Counted from the whole stretch's first letter, positions 38,771-51,387 are shown. The stretch: DNA of 63,998 nucleotides, filler included, from Octopus bimaculoides (GCF_001194135.2; 7 parts of 6 records of this genome joined end to end with filler, not necessarily neighbours in it); one strand, 5' to 3'. Made by a program: numbers and translations. The notes: generated from the letters alone by a model not told the origin.

Positions 38771-39850
38771 CATCATCATTTAATATCCACTTTCCATGCT
38801 GGCATAGGTTAGATGGTTTGACTAGAACTGGTAAGCTGGAGAGCTCCACCAGGTGTGATTTGGTGCCATACACGTCATATGACCATATCAGCACATTCAT
38901 CTCTCTTGCACACAACATCTGATGCCTTTTATGCCCAGCTTTTCTCTCGAGAAGCTTACACTCTGTCAGACATGCACACTGACATTGCACATCCTTTGAA
39001 GCGTATTAGCTTCATTTGTTTCAAGCCTTTGCCCGTCCTCTGCAGTCACAGCCCACGTTTCACTGACGAGAAGCATGCCTGTACGCTCACAGGCAGCATA
39101 CAGTCTGCCTTTCATTCTGAGGGATAGGCCCTTTGTTACAAATAGAGGTAGAAGCTCTCTGAACTTTGCCCAGCCTGTTCTTATTCTAGCAGCTACGCTC
39201 TCAGAGCATCCACCTCCACTGCTAACTTGGTCATCTAGATAATGGAAGCTATCAACTACTTCTAGGTGTTTACTCTGGCATTTGATGGAATCTATTTTCT
39301 TTACATTTCTAGTGTTTATTGTACCTGTACATCTGCCACACACAAAGACTATTTTCCCTGTTAACCTTCCTCTGATATTGCTGCACCTCTTATGTGTCCA
39401 TAGCTTGCATCAGGCACATCTTGTGGCGTTTCTACCAATGCCTCTTCTACATATCAGGCAAGGCAATCTACCTGAAGGGTTTGTGACTTGTCTGCTTTCC
39501 TACTTACTAAAACTTCGGTTTTTGCTAAAGTAATTCTAAGGTCCCTTGATTCTAGACCTTACTTTCACACCTGCAATTTCTTCTCTAGTTCTCATAGTGA
39601 ACCAGCTATAAGAACAAGGTCATCAGCATAGAGGGGCTCCTAGAAGCAGCCCAACTTAAATTCTTCTGTTACTGCCTGGAGGACTATGATGAACAAGACA
39701 GGGCTGCAGACTGATCTTTGGTGAACCTCTACTTGTACCCTGAATTCATTGCTATACCCAGTGCAAACTCTCACCTTACAGACAGCATCCCTGTACATGG
39801 CTGGTACAACTCTCACCAACCATTCATCTATCCCTAGTTTCCACATTGAC
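38771..39850 (-). mobile_element. RTE LINE, 5'-truncated, decayed RT C-terminal half plus tail
   Basis: WKLGIDEWLVRVVPAMYRDAVCKVRV; VHQRSVCSPVLFIIVLQAVTEEFK; EVVDSFHYLDDQVSSGGGCSESVAARIRTGWAKFRELLP; (GAT)n tail. Confidence 0.9.
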
Positions 39851-39861
39851 CACCAGATAAG

Positions 39862-40080
39862 GGAGTGGATATATATAAGAGGGGTTGCTGAAAAGTTCCT
39901 GGCTTTGAGTAAAAGAATATACAGGAGGATCAATTAATTATGATTTTATTCAACATATTTCCCTCTTCCTCTCTCAGATTCACACACTTATTGCAGCGTT
40001 TCTTAAATCTTTTTAGGCCCTGTAAAAGAACTTGGAAGGTTGGGTCTCCAACCAGGCCTTTTGTGACACCCTTAAAGCCA
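39862..40080 (-). mobile_element. Mariner-derived MITE
   Basis: TIR ta(a)gaggggttgctgaaaagttcctggcttt; the minus strand encodes a mariner C-terminus-like KRCNKCVNLR; the other end stops at aaagcca before (TA)n. Confidence 0.75.
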
Positions 40081-41005
40081 CTATATATATATATCATCAT
40101 CATCATCATCATCATCATCGTTTAACGTCCGCTTTCCATGCTAGCATGGNNNNNNNNNNNNNNNNNNNNNNNNNNNNNNNNNNNNNNNNNNNNTTAATTA
40201 ATTAANNNNNNNNNNNNNNNNNNNNNNNNNNNNNNNNNNNNNNNNNNNNATATATATATATATATATATATATATGCAGACACACACGTACATACATACA
40301 TACATACATACATACATACATGCATACATACATACAGATATACCTCTGTATTCGTCTCTGTGTGATTTAGTAAGTACGTGTGCATGCAAACAGAATATAA
40401 ATACGTCACTGGCAACTTGAAAATCATATTGCATAAGAGAACACTAGATCATATTTAAATCAATATTGCATGTCTTTTGCTAATTTTCTATAACCCCTGG
40501 TCCGCTCGATCAAGCACATCTAAGATAAAAATTGTTTCAGTCACCGACATCCTGTCATTGATTTAAGGCGTAGTGTGTATAGGATCATCTTACCAAGTAA
40601 TTATGTTTCATAATAGAAATGATTTCAGTGTTCTCATTCCTGCTCCTGAATGGTCGAGCAACTGCAGTGATCTCCTTCTTTAATTCAGGCATGTTTGCTA
40701 TGATGCTATGGTAACATTTGGTCTACATAAAGTCACCAATCATGCCTTTATATTATATTGATTAAGACTTCTCTAAATAGATTAATGCTATGAATTTTGA
40801 GCTTTCTCACCATTCTGTACTCCAATACATATGTAAAGAATCATATATGTATACGGGAGTTTCTTGGATCTGGTGGCTGTACAGGAAGCTGGTGGCATCT
40901 ATGTGTCTGGGAGTCGGCAGAAGCAAGGCCTGCATGTGTGTGTGTGTGTATACAAGATGTGATAATATGCGAATGTGGGTGTGTTATTAGATGTGTGTGA
41001 GTGTG

Positions 41006-41046
<41 letters not shown>

Positions 41047-41670
41047 NNNNNNNNNNNNNNNNNNNNNNNNNNNNNNNNNNNNNNNNNNNNNNNNNNNNNN
41101 NNNNNNNNNNNNNNNNNNNNNNNNNNNNNNNNNNNNNNNNNNNNNNNNNNNNNNNNNNNNNNNNNNNNNNNNNNNNNNNNNNNNNNNNNNNNNNNNNNNN
41201 NNNNNNNNNNNNNNNNNNNNNNNNNNNNNNNNNNNNNNNNNNNNNNNNNNNNNNNNNNNNNNNNNNNNNNNNNNNNNNNNNNNNNNNNNNNNNNNNNNNN
41301 NNNNNNNNNNNNNNNNNNNNNNNNNNNNNNNNNNNNNNNNNNNNNNNNNNNNNNNNNNNNNNNNNNNNNNNNNNNNNNNNNNNNNNNNNNNNNNNNNNNN
41401 NNNNNNNNNNNNNNNNNNNNNNNNNNNNNNNNNNNNNNNNNNNNNNNNNNNNNNNNNNNNNNNNNNNNNNNNNNNNNNNNNNNNNNNNNNNNNNNNNNNN
41501 NNNNNNNNNNNNNNNNNNNNNNNNNNNNNNNNNNNNNNNNNNNNNNNNNNNNNNNNNNNNNNNNNNNNNNNNNNNNNNNNNNNNNNNNNNNNNNNNNNNN
41601 NNNNNNNNNNNNNNNNNNNNNNNNNNNNNNNNNNNNNNNNNNNNNNNNNNNNNNNNNNNNNNNNNNNNNN

Positions 41671-41734
<64 letters not shown>

Positions 41735-43179
41735 TATGTGTGTGCGCTCGTGTGTGTAAGTATCTTTACATATGCTACTCTCCAAAATTTAGAGACTTCA
41801 AATCTCAAAACCTATGAGATGCCTGATACATGTATCTGGATTTATCAGCCTACTTAGAAACATCAACAATAATGAACGCCTAGGTTATCACTAGTCTTTT
41901 AGAAATAGCAGTTAATTCCCTCTAAATATCAGATGTGAGAGAAATGGACACTGTATATATTTTTGTCCTGTGTTTCCAGCAGTAATTATCCGGTTTCTTA
42001 GACTGGATAATTACTGCTGGTATTACTTTGCCTATCAGGTTTGATTGAACTATCATTTAAGATCATTGTCAAATTTCAAGAACATGAAACCTACGCAGTA
42101 ACATAAAGACTCTAATGCGTAGATATATTTTACCTGCTAAGTCATAATAGAAAACTAATCAGTTAAAATCTGACGAATGAATCACAGTGTAATTTATGAG
42201 TGTCCGTTAGTGTTTGATAACTATAAAAGTGACATAAATGAGGAATTGTCTTGTAAAATAAATAGCATTTGAATATGAAGTCGAATTTGCTGTATCAATT
42301 ATATTTTATGTCTGCCGTGAAATATGAAATAAAGGGAAAACAAACATTGAAGAGACCTCAGCAAAGGAGGTAACGTTTGATTCACTATAGTATATCTTTT
42401 CATATTCTTTAAACAGCATTATCAATTTATTACTATTCAGTGGATAAGTAAAATGTATATATTCTTAGTTATGACATTATGTTTGTAAATTCGGTCGATA
42501 GATATTTATTTTACAATTATGTGCAATAAAAATGATTTTTTAACATAACTCAAGACAACAAATATAACTTGGTTATAGGATGACGCTTAATATATTCCTT
42601 GTGTATATATCGACACTAGTAAATTAAGTGAAGCGTAAAAGAAATGTTAAATTTTGACTGTATTTCCTACTTCTAACTTATGCTGATATATTCTCAACTG
42701 AACGAAATTAATCTCTACGTTTCAAGAGAATACCATGTACAATTTGTATTTCTAGCTAGGCTATCATTTATAGAGATACATTAACGTGATTGTGATGACG
42801 GAATATAATTAACTGAGAGATTTCACATGATGTAATCACGACACCAAGTGTTCAGAAAGCATTGATAGGGAACGCTCAACGCTCAAATTTGTGCATAAAG
42901 TATATAATGTTTGTATATAAAGCATGTATTCCAATCACTTTCACTTTTCAATGAGTTGCAGATGTGCGACTAATTTTTACAGACATAACACAGGCTAAGC
43001 TTTTGAGTTTTTTTGGCTAAAGTTTTCATAAATAACCCAATCGGTTTACCATTAATTCTGTGAAATAATCACGAGTCCTGCTGATATATATGAAGTAGAT
43101 AAGCTTAGATATGTTTCGACCAAACACTGGCCAAGCCATCTCTAACACAGAAGCACCGATAGGATCTCTTAAATCATTT

Positions 43180-43930
43180 TTAAGTCATTGTGGCATCACA
43201 GCCCATTCGTGTAGAGAGTTGAATTGCTGATGACTGAGATGAATACAGGTATAAGTAGTTTATCGAGTATCCCTTGGAGAATTTTGTCTAGGTTTCGTTT
43301 GAAGGTGATGGGATCTTTTCTTTCTTTGTTTTGGGATAACGTTAAATTGTGCTGCAGTTAATATATATGCTGTGATCTTTAGTTGTGTAGGGGGCATTTG
43401 GCACGTGGCCCCAGCCTTAGATGAATTCTGAATCTAATGTTGAGGCCGTTTCGGCAATGCTGGTGGTATATTCTCCACGTTCTGCAAATGATGTTTCGCT
43501 CACGGCGGCGCTGGAGAGAATTAAGATACAACATTTTAAGGCAGTTCCAGTTTTGAAGTCATGACATTTTCTTTTGTAGTGAATGCTGTCCGGGGCGACT
43601 CAATTCTCGTAATGTTTTGCTTGGTGTTGGGAGACCACAAGGGCAGCAGTACTCTAGGTGTGGCCGTACAAAAGAGAAGAGGGGAATGGTGATATCTTCC
43701 TCTCTGGGCCGGAACGTTCTGAGGATCCAGGAGCTCATATTGCAAACGATATTGTCTTTATTGTTAATGTAGGCATTCTAGTTGAGACTGTCGTCAATAA
43801 TCACTCCTAAGTCCCCGGTGTTATAGGATAATGTGAATAGTTCCTCTGATGGAAGAAAATGCGGTTGTTTGAGAGCAGTCTTTAAGTTTCACCACAGCTG
43901 TTTCAAGATGCATTTTTTGTCTATGAATAA
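43180..43930 (-). mobile_element. CR1/L2-group LINE RT C-terminal remnant
   Basis: SSWILRTFRPR, FVRPHLEYCCPLWSPNTKQNITRIE, FKRNLDKILQGILD in successive frames. Confidence 0.8.
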
Positions 43931-44990
43931 ACCGATTATATCATGAAAAAAAAAAAAACATTTTCTCCAGGTGAATTAAAAATAAAAAAAAAACAACATA
44001 AATTTAGCTCGGAAAACTTACTAAGAGTTTGAATTTGTGCTGACCCTCTCATTTTGGCAACAAATAAAAGGGTGAAAGCATACCAACGCATAGCCAGAAT
44101 TCATACTCGTAATTCATTTCTTTAAATAGATAACCAGAGATAAAGCTTAAGAAGACAGAGAGAATAGAATAGGATCGACGTGAGAAGCAAGGTTAGTTTA
44201 GGAAAGTGGAGACAAATCTTCAGGCACCAAAAGATTTATAGTGGTGCTAAACCCCAGAACACCACGAGTATATTTCCTACAACAAATACTTACTTGCGCA
44301 CATACTACCCTCACACAGACGTATTGTTGCTCACACACATGTAAACCGACATGCATGTATATATACACACACATACACATAAACAATTACATTATACATA
44401 CATGGACAACCAATTTCCATACACAACTTAAACTCATATATACATAACATAAGACGGTCAAAAAAATTCTATATCTTGGTATTTTTCCCAAACCAAAGTT
44501 TTAAATTCTAATTTTTAATTCTCCTGAAATAAAAAGTGTTTTTTTAATGATGAAAGCGGTGTATTCAGCAATAAAACACGCGTCTGAAATAGCAGTAGTG
44601 AAGCTCAGTCCATCTATATTCTTTCTTTTTGTAAACATGAACTTTCCCTACTTTTCCACAGAAGATCGACAAACTGCATACGGGCGTGCATGATTTCATA
44701 TATATGTAAAATATGTATATGTGTATATTGATGCGTTCATGTACATGTATATGTAACCGTTTGGACATGTCCGTATATGCATGGATATATATTTGGGAGT
44801 ATCTAAATATAGTATATACACGGATATGCTGAATTCGACCCAAACGAGGTATTCTTATTATCAAAATACTTTGAGTCAGATGAATACAACAAATGATTAA
44901 TTGCATTCATACACACACACACACACACACTCACATACATAATACATACATACATACATACATACATGTGTGTGTGTCTATGTGTGTGTG

Positions 44991-45049
<59 letters not shown>

Positions 45050-45458
45050 CATTTGTAGAGCATATGGATTATATCTTATTTATTTTCGCCATTTCATGTC
45101 TTACACTTTGACTTCTATTCAGGCTGTAATTTTATAATTTATTTGTTATTAACCATATTTTGCACTATTATGTAAGAACCATCTAGCTCTGTGAAATTCA
45201 AATTGCAAGACGAATAATAACTCATGTATGCAAAAATGTGTACGTGTGTGAATATATGTGTGTCTTTGTATGTATGTATATATATATATATATATATNNN
45301 NNNNNNNNNNNNNNNNNNNNNNNNNNNNNNNNNNNNNNNNNNNNNNNNNNNNNNNNNNNNNNNNNNNNNNNNNNNNNNNNNNNNNNNNNNNNNNNNNNNN
45401 NNNNNNNNNNNNNNNNNNNNNNNNNNNNNNNNNNNNNNNNNNNNNNNNNNNNNNNNNN

Positions 45459-45459
<1 letters not shown>

Positions 45460-45493
<34 letters not shown>

Positions 45494-45518
45494 GCTGTTG
45501 TTGTTGTTGTTGTTGTTG

Positions 45519-45596
<78 letters not shown>

Positions 45597-45681
45597 TCAC
45601 TGTCTGGAACCGAACTCAGAATCTTGGGGTTCGTAGCCCGCGGTCTTAAGCCCAAGATTCCGAGTTGCTTTCTAGGCAGTG

Positions 45682-45766
<85 letters not shown>

Positions 45767-45955
45767 CAACAACAACAACAACATCGAAAACTACCTCAGG
45801 AATGAGAACTCATTTTGGAAATTTCCCCAAGGCACCTGATGAAGGCTAGAGGGTATATCAACCGAAACGTTGTGTTAGCCTCAAACAAGATAAGGACAAA
45901 TATCCGTAAAATATAAATAATGTACATAATTCCTCATCTCTTAAATATAGAACTG
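45460..45955 (+). mobile_element. Fold-back tRNA-like head plus (TAA)n(CAA)n plus Penelope-type terminal repeat carrying a hammerhead
   Basis: Mirror image around ~45640: (GTT)n(ATT)n-caggtcactg...gaatcttggg versus cccaagattc...cagtgccctg-(AAT)n(AAC)n; followed by the hammerhead core. Confidence 0.6.
45831..45876 (+). ncRNA. Minimal type I hammerhead ribozyme candidate
   Basis: Stem I ggcac/gtgtt, CTGATGA 45836-42, extra A, imperfect stem II ggct..aacc, GAAAC 45864-68, palindromic stem III ACGT, GUU triplet. Confidence 0.55.
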
Positions 45956-46269
45956 TAATATTAATAGTTATCACCAAGCTAAGATGGCAGACCAGGAAAA
46001 TAGGACGAATGCTGTGGTTGATTAGCTCCGAGAGGCCATCGCCTCTAACTACCTGTTTGACACACAAACCTGTGTTCATTACAACCTCCAAACAGGGGAG
46101 TTCAGCAGGTTCCTTTTACTGGTTCAACATCCACAGACTAGTTTCGGTGTGATTGCTCCTTCTCAATATGGAGTAGTCGAACCCAGCAGGCGTCGCTGCT
46201 GACTATCTGTTCCAAGGTTTAATTGCCTATATTCAGTGGAACACATCCATTGGTTTTCAAAAATAGAAA

Positions 46270-46608
46270 TATTAATATTTCTAAGTCTCTCTAAAGGAGA
46301 CTACGGCAGCGGTAGTGGATATTAATAGTTATCGCCAAGCTAACATGGCAGTCGAGGATAATAGGACGAATGCTGTCGTTGATTAGCTCCAAGAGACCAT
46401 CGCCTCTAGCTAGCCATGTGATCTCCCCTGCTGGAAGGTTGTAATGGACACATGTTTCTGTGTAACATAGCTAGCTAGAGGCGATGGCCTCTTCGAGCTA
46501 ATCAACGGCAAAATTCGTCCTATTTTCCTAGACTGTCATGTTACCATGGCGATAACTATTAATATCCAGTACTGCTGCCGTAGTCTCCTTTAGAGAGATT
46601 TAGGAATA

Positions 46609-46615
<7 letters not shown>
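46270..46615. mobile_element. Fold-back element with ~145-bp inverted arms; third partial copy at 45955-46055
   Basis: 46270-46414 aligns with the reverse complement of 46470-46615 with scattered mismatches; ~55-bp spacer. Confidence 0.85.
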
Positions 46616-46664
<49 letters not shown>

Positions 46665-47701
46665 ACGTGCTTCTTTCAATTTCCATGTACCAAATCCACT
46701 CACAAGCTTTAGTCGGTTAGAGGTTATAGTATAAGACACTAGCCCAAGGTTCCACACAGTGGGACTGAACCCGGTACAATGTAGTTAGGAAGCAAGCTTC
46801 TTACCGCACTGCAACGCATGGGCCTATATATAGATAGATAATTACATATGATAAAGACGGTTCGATTTATATTTCATTTTTTTATTTTAAATGTAATATT
46901 AGATACACAAACACAACCCCTTTCTTTCCACGTCCTTCTACCGATTTAATGCACTGTTAAAATACTGATACAAGCTATCACCAGATGAAGAGATTTGTTG
47001 TTATTAAACATATTAAAAACATTTTGACTTCTTCGTAATGCGTAGCACATATGCTTCACATAGTGCACTACTTTAGGCAAACGTCAGGTGGCACAATTAC
47101 GAGAGTACTTCCTGTATAAACATTCATACATACATGTATGTAAGTATACGTAAGTATATATATATATATATATATAGGGAGAACGGACACACAGACACAG
47201 ATAACCATAGGCACAAGAACACAGACAAAGGTAAGGCCATGGGGTTCAAGAGGGAGAATAAAGTTGAATGCAACATAATTCTTGGACAGGGAGTCAGTAG
47301 ACATAAAACAGAAAACACTAGATGGGGTGGTAACAATAGCGATGGTGGTGGTGGTGGTGGTGGTAGTGACAGTAACAATAGTAGTGGTAGGAATAACAGG
47401 ATGAATGGGAGTAGCAATAACGGCAGTAATAGTAGTAGTAGTTACGAAGAAGACAACCCCAGAGGGGCCAACAACAGGAATACTAACCTCCTTGACACTC
47501 AATTCTTCAACATACATGACAAAACATATGATATGAGCCGGGTATACCCGACAACATTACCCTTTAACAAAAGAGTCTGCATCCCTAGACATACTCATGA
47601 CNNNNNNNNNNNNNNNNNNNNNNNNNNNNNNNNNNNNNNNNNNNNTTAATTAATTAANNNNNNNNNNNNNNNNNNNNNNNNNNNNNNNNNNNNNNNNNNN
47701 N

Positions 47702-48342
47702 TTATTTAGTATTTTTTCATTTGTCTTGCCCTTTTACAGTCTGTTGTGTCGCTAATTTTTTACTGAGAACATATTTTTTCGTGGTTAAATGATTCGGCAT
47801 CTATTTCTAGCATATAGGAGTCCACTTTAGCTGGTCATTCCTCTTATTTTTGTATGTAATATAATTTTAATCTTCGGATTAATATCAATTTCTACCCTTA
47901 TTAATAAATTTTAAATAATGATGTTCTCAAACCGGTAAATTAGCTGCAAAAATTTATTAACTGCAGAGTTATTTCCGGACTTAGCGCACCAGATTGAAGA
48001 CATTTGAAGGGATACACTGAATGTAATTTGTAGAACTCTACACGTGCTCCCTTTCAGGTGGACGTTTTATGTTTAGTTCTGGAAATTATATTTTTAAATC
48101 GACAGACTACGCTGATGATCCTGCAGATATTTACTTATGTAAGTTTTAGCAGGTGAAACCATGGTACGTAGGTTAATCGTTTTTTTTATTTAGTATTTTT
48201 TCATTTGTCTTGCCCTTTTACAGTCTGTTGTGTTGCTAATTTTTTTTACTGAGAACATATTTTTTTCGTGGTTAGATGACTTGGCATCTATTTCTAACAT
48301 ATAGGAGTCCACTTTTGCTGGTCATTCCTCTTATTTTTGTAT
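47702..48342 (+). repeat. ~484-bp direct-repeat unit (1.3 copies visible) containing a hammerhead; Penelope pLTR or retrozyme-like
   Basis: 47702-47855 is repeated at 48186-48342; the left side is a gap; the hammerhead lies near the end of the unit. Confidence 0.75.
48107..48171 (+). ncRNA. Type I hammerhead ribozyme candidate with palindromic stem III
   Basis: Stem I ctacg/cgtag (5 WC pairs), CTGATGA 48112-18, stem II cctgc/gcagg, GAAAC 48155-59, stem III ACCATGGT (perfect palindrome), GUA triplet 48164-66. The stem II closing position is U.U rather than the usual G-C. Confidence 0.65.
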
Positions 48343-48357
48343 ATATATACATATATA

Positions 48358-50165
48358 TAAACCCTTATACTTGGCTTTTGTTGACTTGGAGAAAGCCTTT
48401 AACAGGGTTCCCCGATCCGTTATCTGATGGGCGATGCAGAAACTAGGAATTGACGAGTGGTTAATAAGAGCTGTACAGGCCTTGTACAGGGGTGCTGTTA
48501 GTAAGGTAAGGGTTGGCAACAAGTATAGTGAAGAATTCTGGGTAGAAGTAGGGTTCACCAAGGATCAGCCCTCACCCCCCTCTTATTCATCATAGTCCTC
48601 CAGGCAATAACAGAGGAGAGCTCCACTATGCTGATGACATTGCTCTCATAGCAAAATCACTACCAGAACTAGAGAAGAAATTTCAGGTGCGGAAGTAAGG
48701 TTTAAAATGAAAAGGTCTTAGAGTCAATGTTGCAAAAACCAAGTCCTAGTAAGCAGGAAGGCGAACACATCACAAACCCCTTCAGGTAGATGGCCCTACT
48801 CAATCTGCAGAAAAGGTATAGGTAGAAATTCCATAAGATGACCCAGTGTAAGCTATGGACACATAAGAGGTACAGTAACATCAAAGGAAGGTTAACCGGG
48901 AAGATAGCTTTTGTGTGCGGCAGATGCACAGGGGCAATAAACACCGCAGATGTTCAGAAAACTGATTCTATCACATGCCAGGGGGAGAAACTAGAAGTAG
49001 TTGATAGCTTCCACTACCTAGATGACCAAGTCTGTAGTGGGGGTGGATGCACGGAGAGCATTGCCACTAGAATAGCTGCTAGAATAAGAATAGCCTGGGC
49101 TAAGTTCAGAAAGCTCCTACCTCTACTGGTGACAAAGGGCCTTTCGCTCAGAGTGAAAGGCAGATTGTATGATGCATGTGTGCAAACTGCCATGCTACAC
49201 GGCAGTGAAACATGGGCCATGACTGCTGAAGACATGCATAGGTTTGAAAGAAATGAAGCTAGTATGATCCGCTGGATGTGTAATGTCAGTGTGCTCTGAG
49301 AGAAATGTTGGACATAAGAAGCATGAGATGTGGTGTGCAACAGAGACGACTATAATGGTATGGTCATGTGCTACATATGGATGATGAAAGCTGTGTGAAG
49401 AAGTGTCACTCTCTAACAGTGGAAGCAACCCGTGGAAGAGGAAGACCTGGGATGAGGTGGTGAAGCATGACCTTCTAACAATGGGCTTCACAGAGACAAT
49501 GACAAAAAACTGAGACCTCTGGAGATATGCTGTGATTGAGAAGACCCGGCAAGTAAAGCGAGATCACAGCCATAGCCTATACCAGTGTCATATAACCAGC
49601 CCATTTAAAAAGTACCTTTAAATTGTCAGGCGACATGCCATGCTTGAGGAGACCTATTGAGTCAAGTAAAATCAAAATCAAAATCAAATCAAATTACAAT
49701 CAAATGGAATTTGTAGTTGTGGCCGATGCCAGTGCTGCCTGACTGGCTCCTAGGCTGGTGGCATGCAATAAGCACCATTCATGCGTAGGTTGTTGTCAGT
49801 GGCACGTAAAAAGCACCATCTGAACGTGGTCGATGCCACCCCCACCCCACTGACTAGCTCTTGTGCTGGTAACATATAAAAAGCACCATCCGAATGTGGC
49901 TGATGCCAGTGCTGCCTGAGTGGCTCCCATGCCGGTGGCACATAAAAAGCACCCACTACACTCTCAGAGTGGTTGGCATTAGGAAGGGCATCCAGCTGTA
50001 GAAACATTGCCAGATCAGATTGGAGCCTGGTGCAGCCTCCTGGTGCAGCCTCCTGGTGCAGCCTCCTGGTGCAGCCTCCTGGCTTGCCAGTCACCAGTCA
50101 AACCGTCCAATCCATGCCAGCATGGAAAACGGACATTAAACGATGATGATGATGATGATGATGAT
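48358..50165 (+). mobile_element. RTE LINE, 5'-truncated: decayed RT from subdomain 3 to C-terminus, 3' UTR and (GAT)n tail
   Basis: LYLAFVDLEKAFNRVP, LHYADDIAL, FHYLDDQVCSGGGC, RLYDACVQTAMLHGSETW; the UTR has repeated gtggcac.taaaaagcacc units and the F3 terminus. Confidence 0.92.
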
Positions 50166-51218
50166 TACACACACACAAAGATGTGATTCAATTGTCAAAA
50201 AGTCTAGACCCTGTTACAAATATGTGACCACAAAAGTCAACAATTATTTAAACTAGTACTATGCAGTTCCTTCATTTTTCTCATTTTTGTGTATTTTTAC
50301 ATCTATTACTGTCATCATGCAGTTATTGTGTTTTGGTTTTTCCATAATTCTAGTGAAAAGGTTTAAACAAAGCGTCAAATAGATTTAGTAGTCCACCCTC
50401 AATAACCTCCCAGTCACTCTACATTTAATTAATGTATTTTCATTTTCTCTTTTTGTTAATGAAAGAATACAGAGTGGTTAAAGAACAACACTAAAGACCA
50501 CAAAGTAATGAGTTGAAGTCTTCCTTCTTTCGTCAGCAGATCTATCAGTTATCAAATGACCATGTCAACTACTGTATTTTTCATGATAGAGATAGCCATC
50601 AATGAGTGATCAACCCTATTGATTTTTAGATGAGACCAATAGATACTAACTCCTCTTCTGGCCACATTGTGTGTTCTTACATTCACAAGAGAAGCTCAGT
50701 TTAGCACTGTGAGTTAATGAAACATCTATCAGTTTTACAATGTTGCTGTTAATTACAACAGCAAAGTATTTCTACTCTGTGGTACCTATTATTTTCAGCC
50801 AGATGAGCTTTTTGAGTTAAGCAACTTGATCAAAGATACAATACAGTACCAGATACAAATGATTAAGGTCTCAGTTAGTATCTTAATACATTAACTATTA
50901 AATCATCTGTACTCACCCCAACTGAGTAAGTAACCGTTGATTATTAAAAAAACTTCAATAATTTCCTTTAAAATATTGAAATGTGAAAAGAAAAAGCATC
51001 AAGACATACACAGGAGTAAAAATATAAATATAATACAGTTACCAAAAAGTTAGTTCCATGACCTTAATTGAATTCTCCCTTAAACAGTCAATAGAAAGAA
51101 AGAAAGGAAGGAAGGAAGGAAGGAGTTTTTGAAAAGAAAGTGAGTGAGACAAGGGAAAGATTTCAGTTTGAATTTAGTTTCTCCAAATCACGTCACGTTA
51201 AGGAGAGAGCCTCTGCAC

Positions 51219-51387
51219 CAGTGTTTCTCAACCATTTTTCACCCATGGATCCCTTTGATTCCTATTTTACTTGGATAGATCCTCCTAGTCATCCAATATT
51301 TTAAAAATTATACTTTATTTTTATAATTATTATTGCAGCTAAATTTTAACAACAAAATCTTATATGGATCCCAGCTGAGAACCACTG
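51219..51387. mobile_element. hAT (Charlie-like) MITE
   Basis: TIR cagtgtttctcaac / gctgagaaccactg; 8-bp TSD ctctgcac / ctctacac. Confidence 0.8.

Noticed and set aside
40560-40730. Minus-strand exon MPELKKEITAVARPFRSRNENTEIIS
   Set aside because: Poor acceptor; more like a decayed Tc1/mariner N-terminus than a JmjC exon.
50795-50895. Plus-strand exon PDELFELSNLIKDTIQYQIQMIK
   Set aside because: Good acceptor but weak donor; no recognisable homology and no supporting neighbours.
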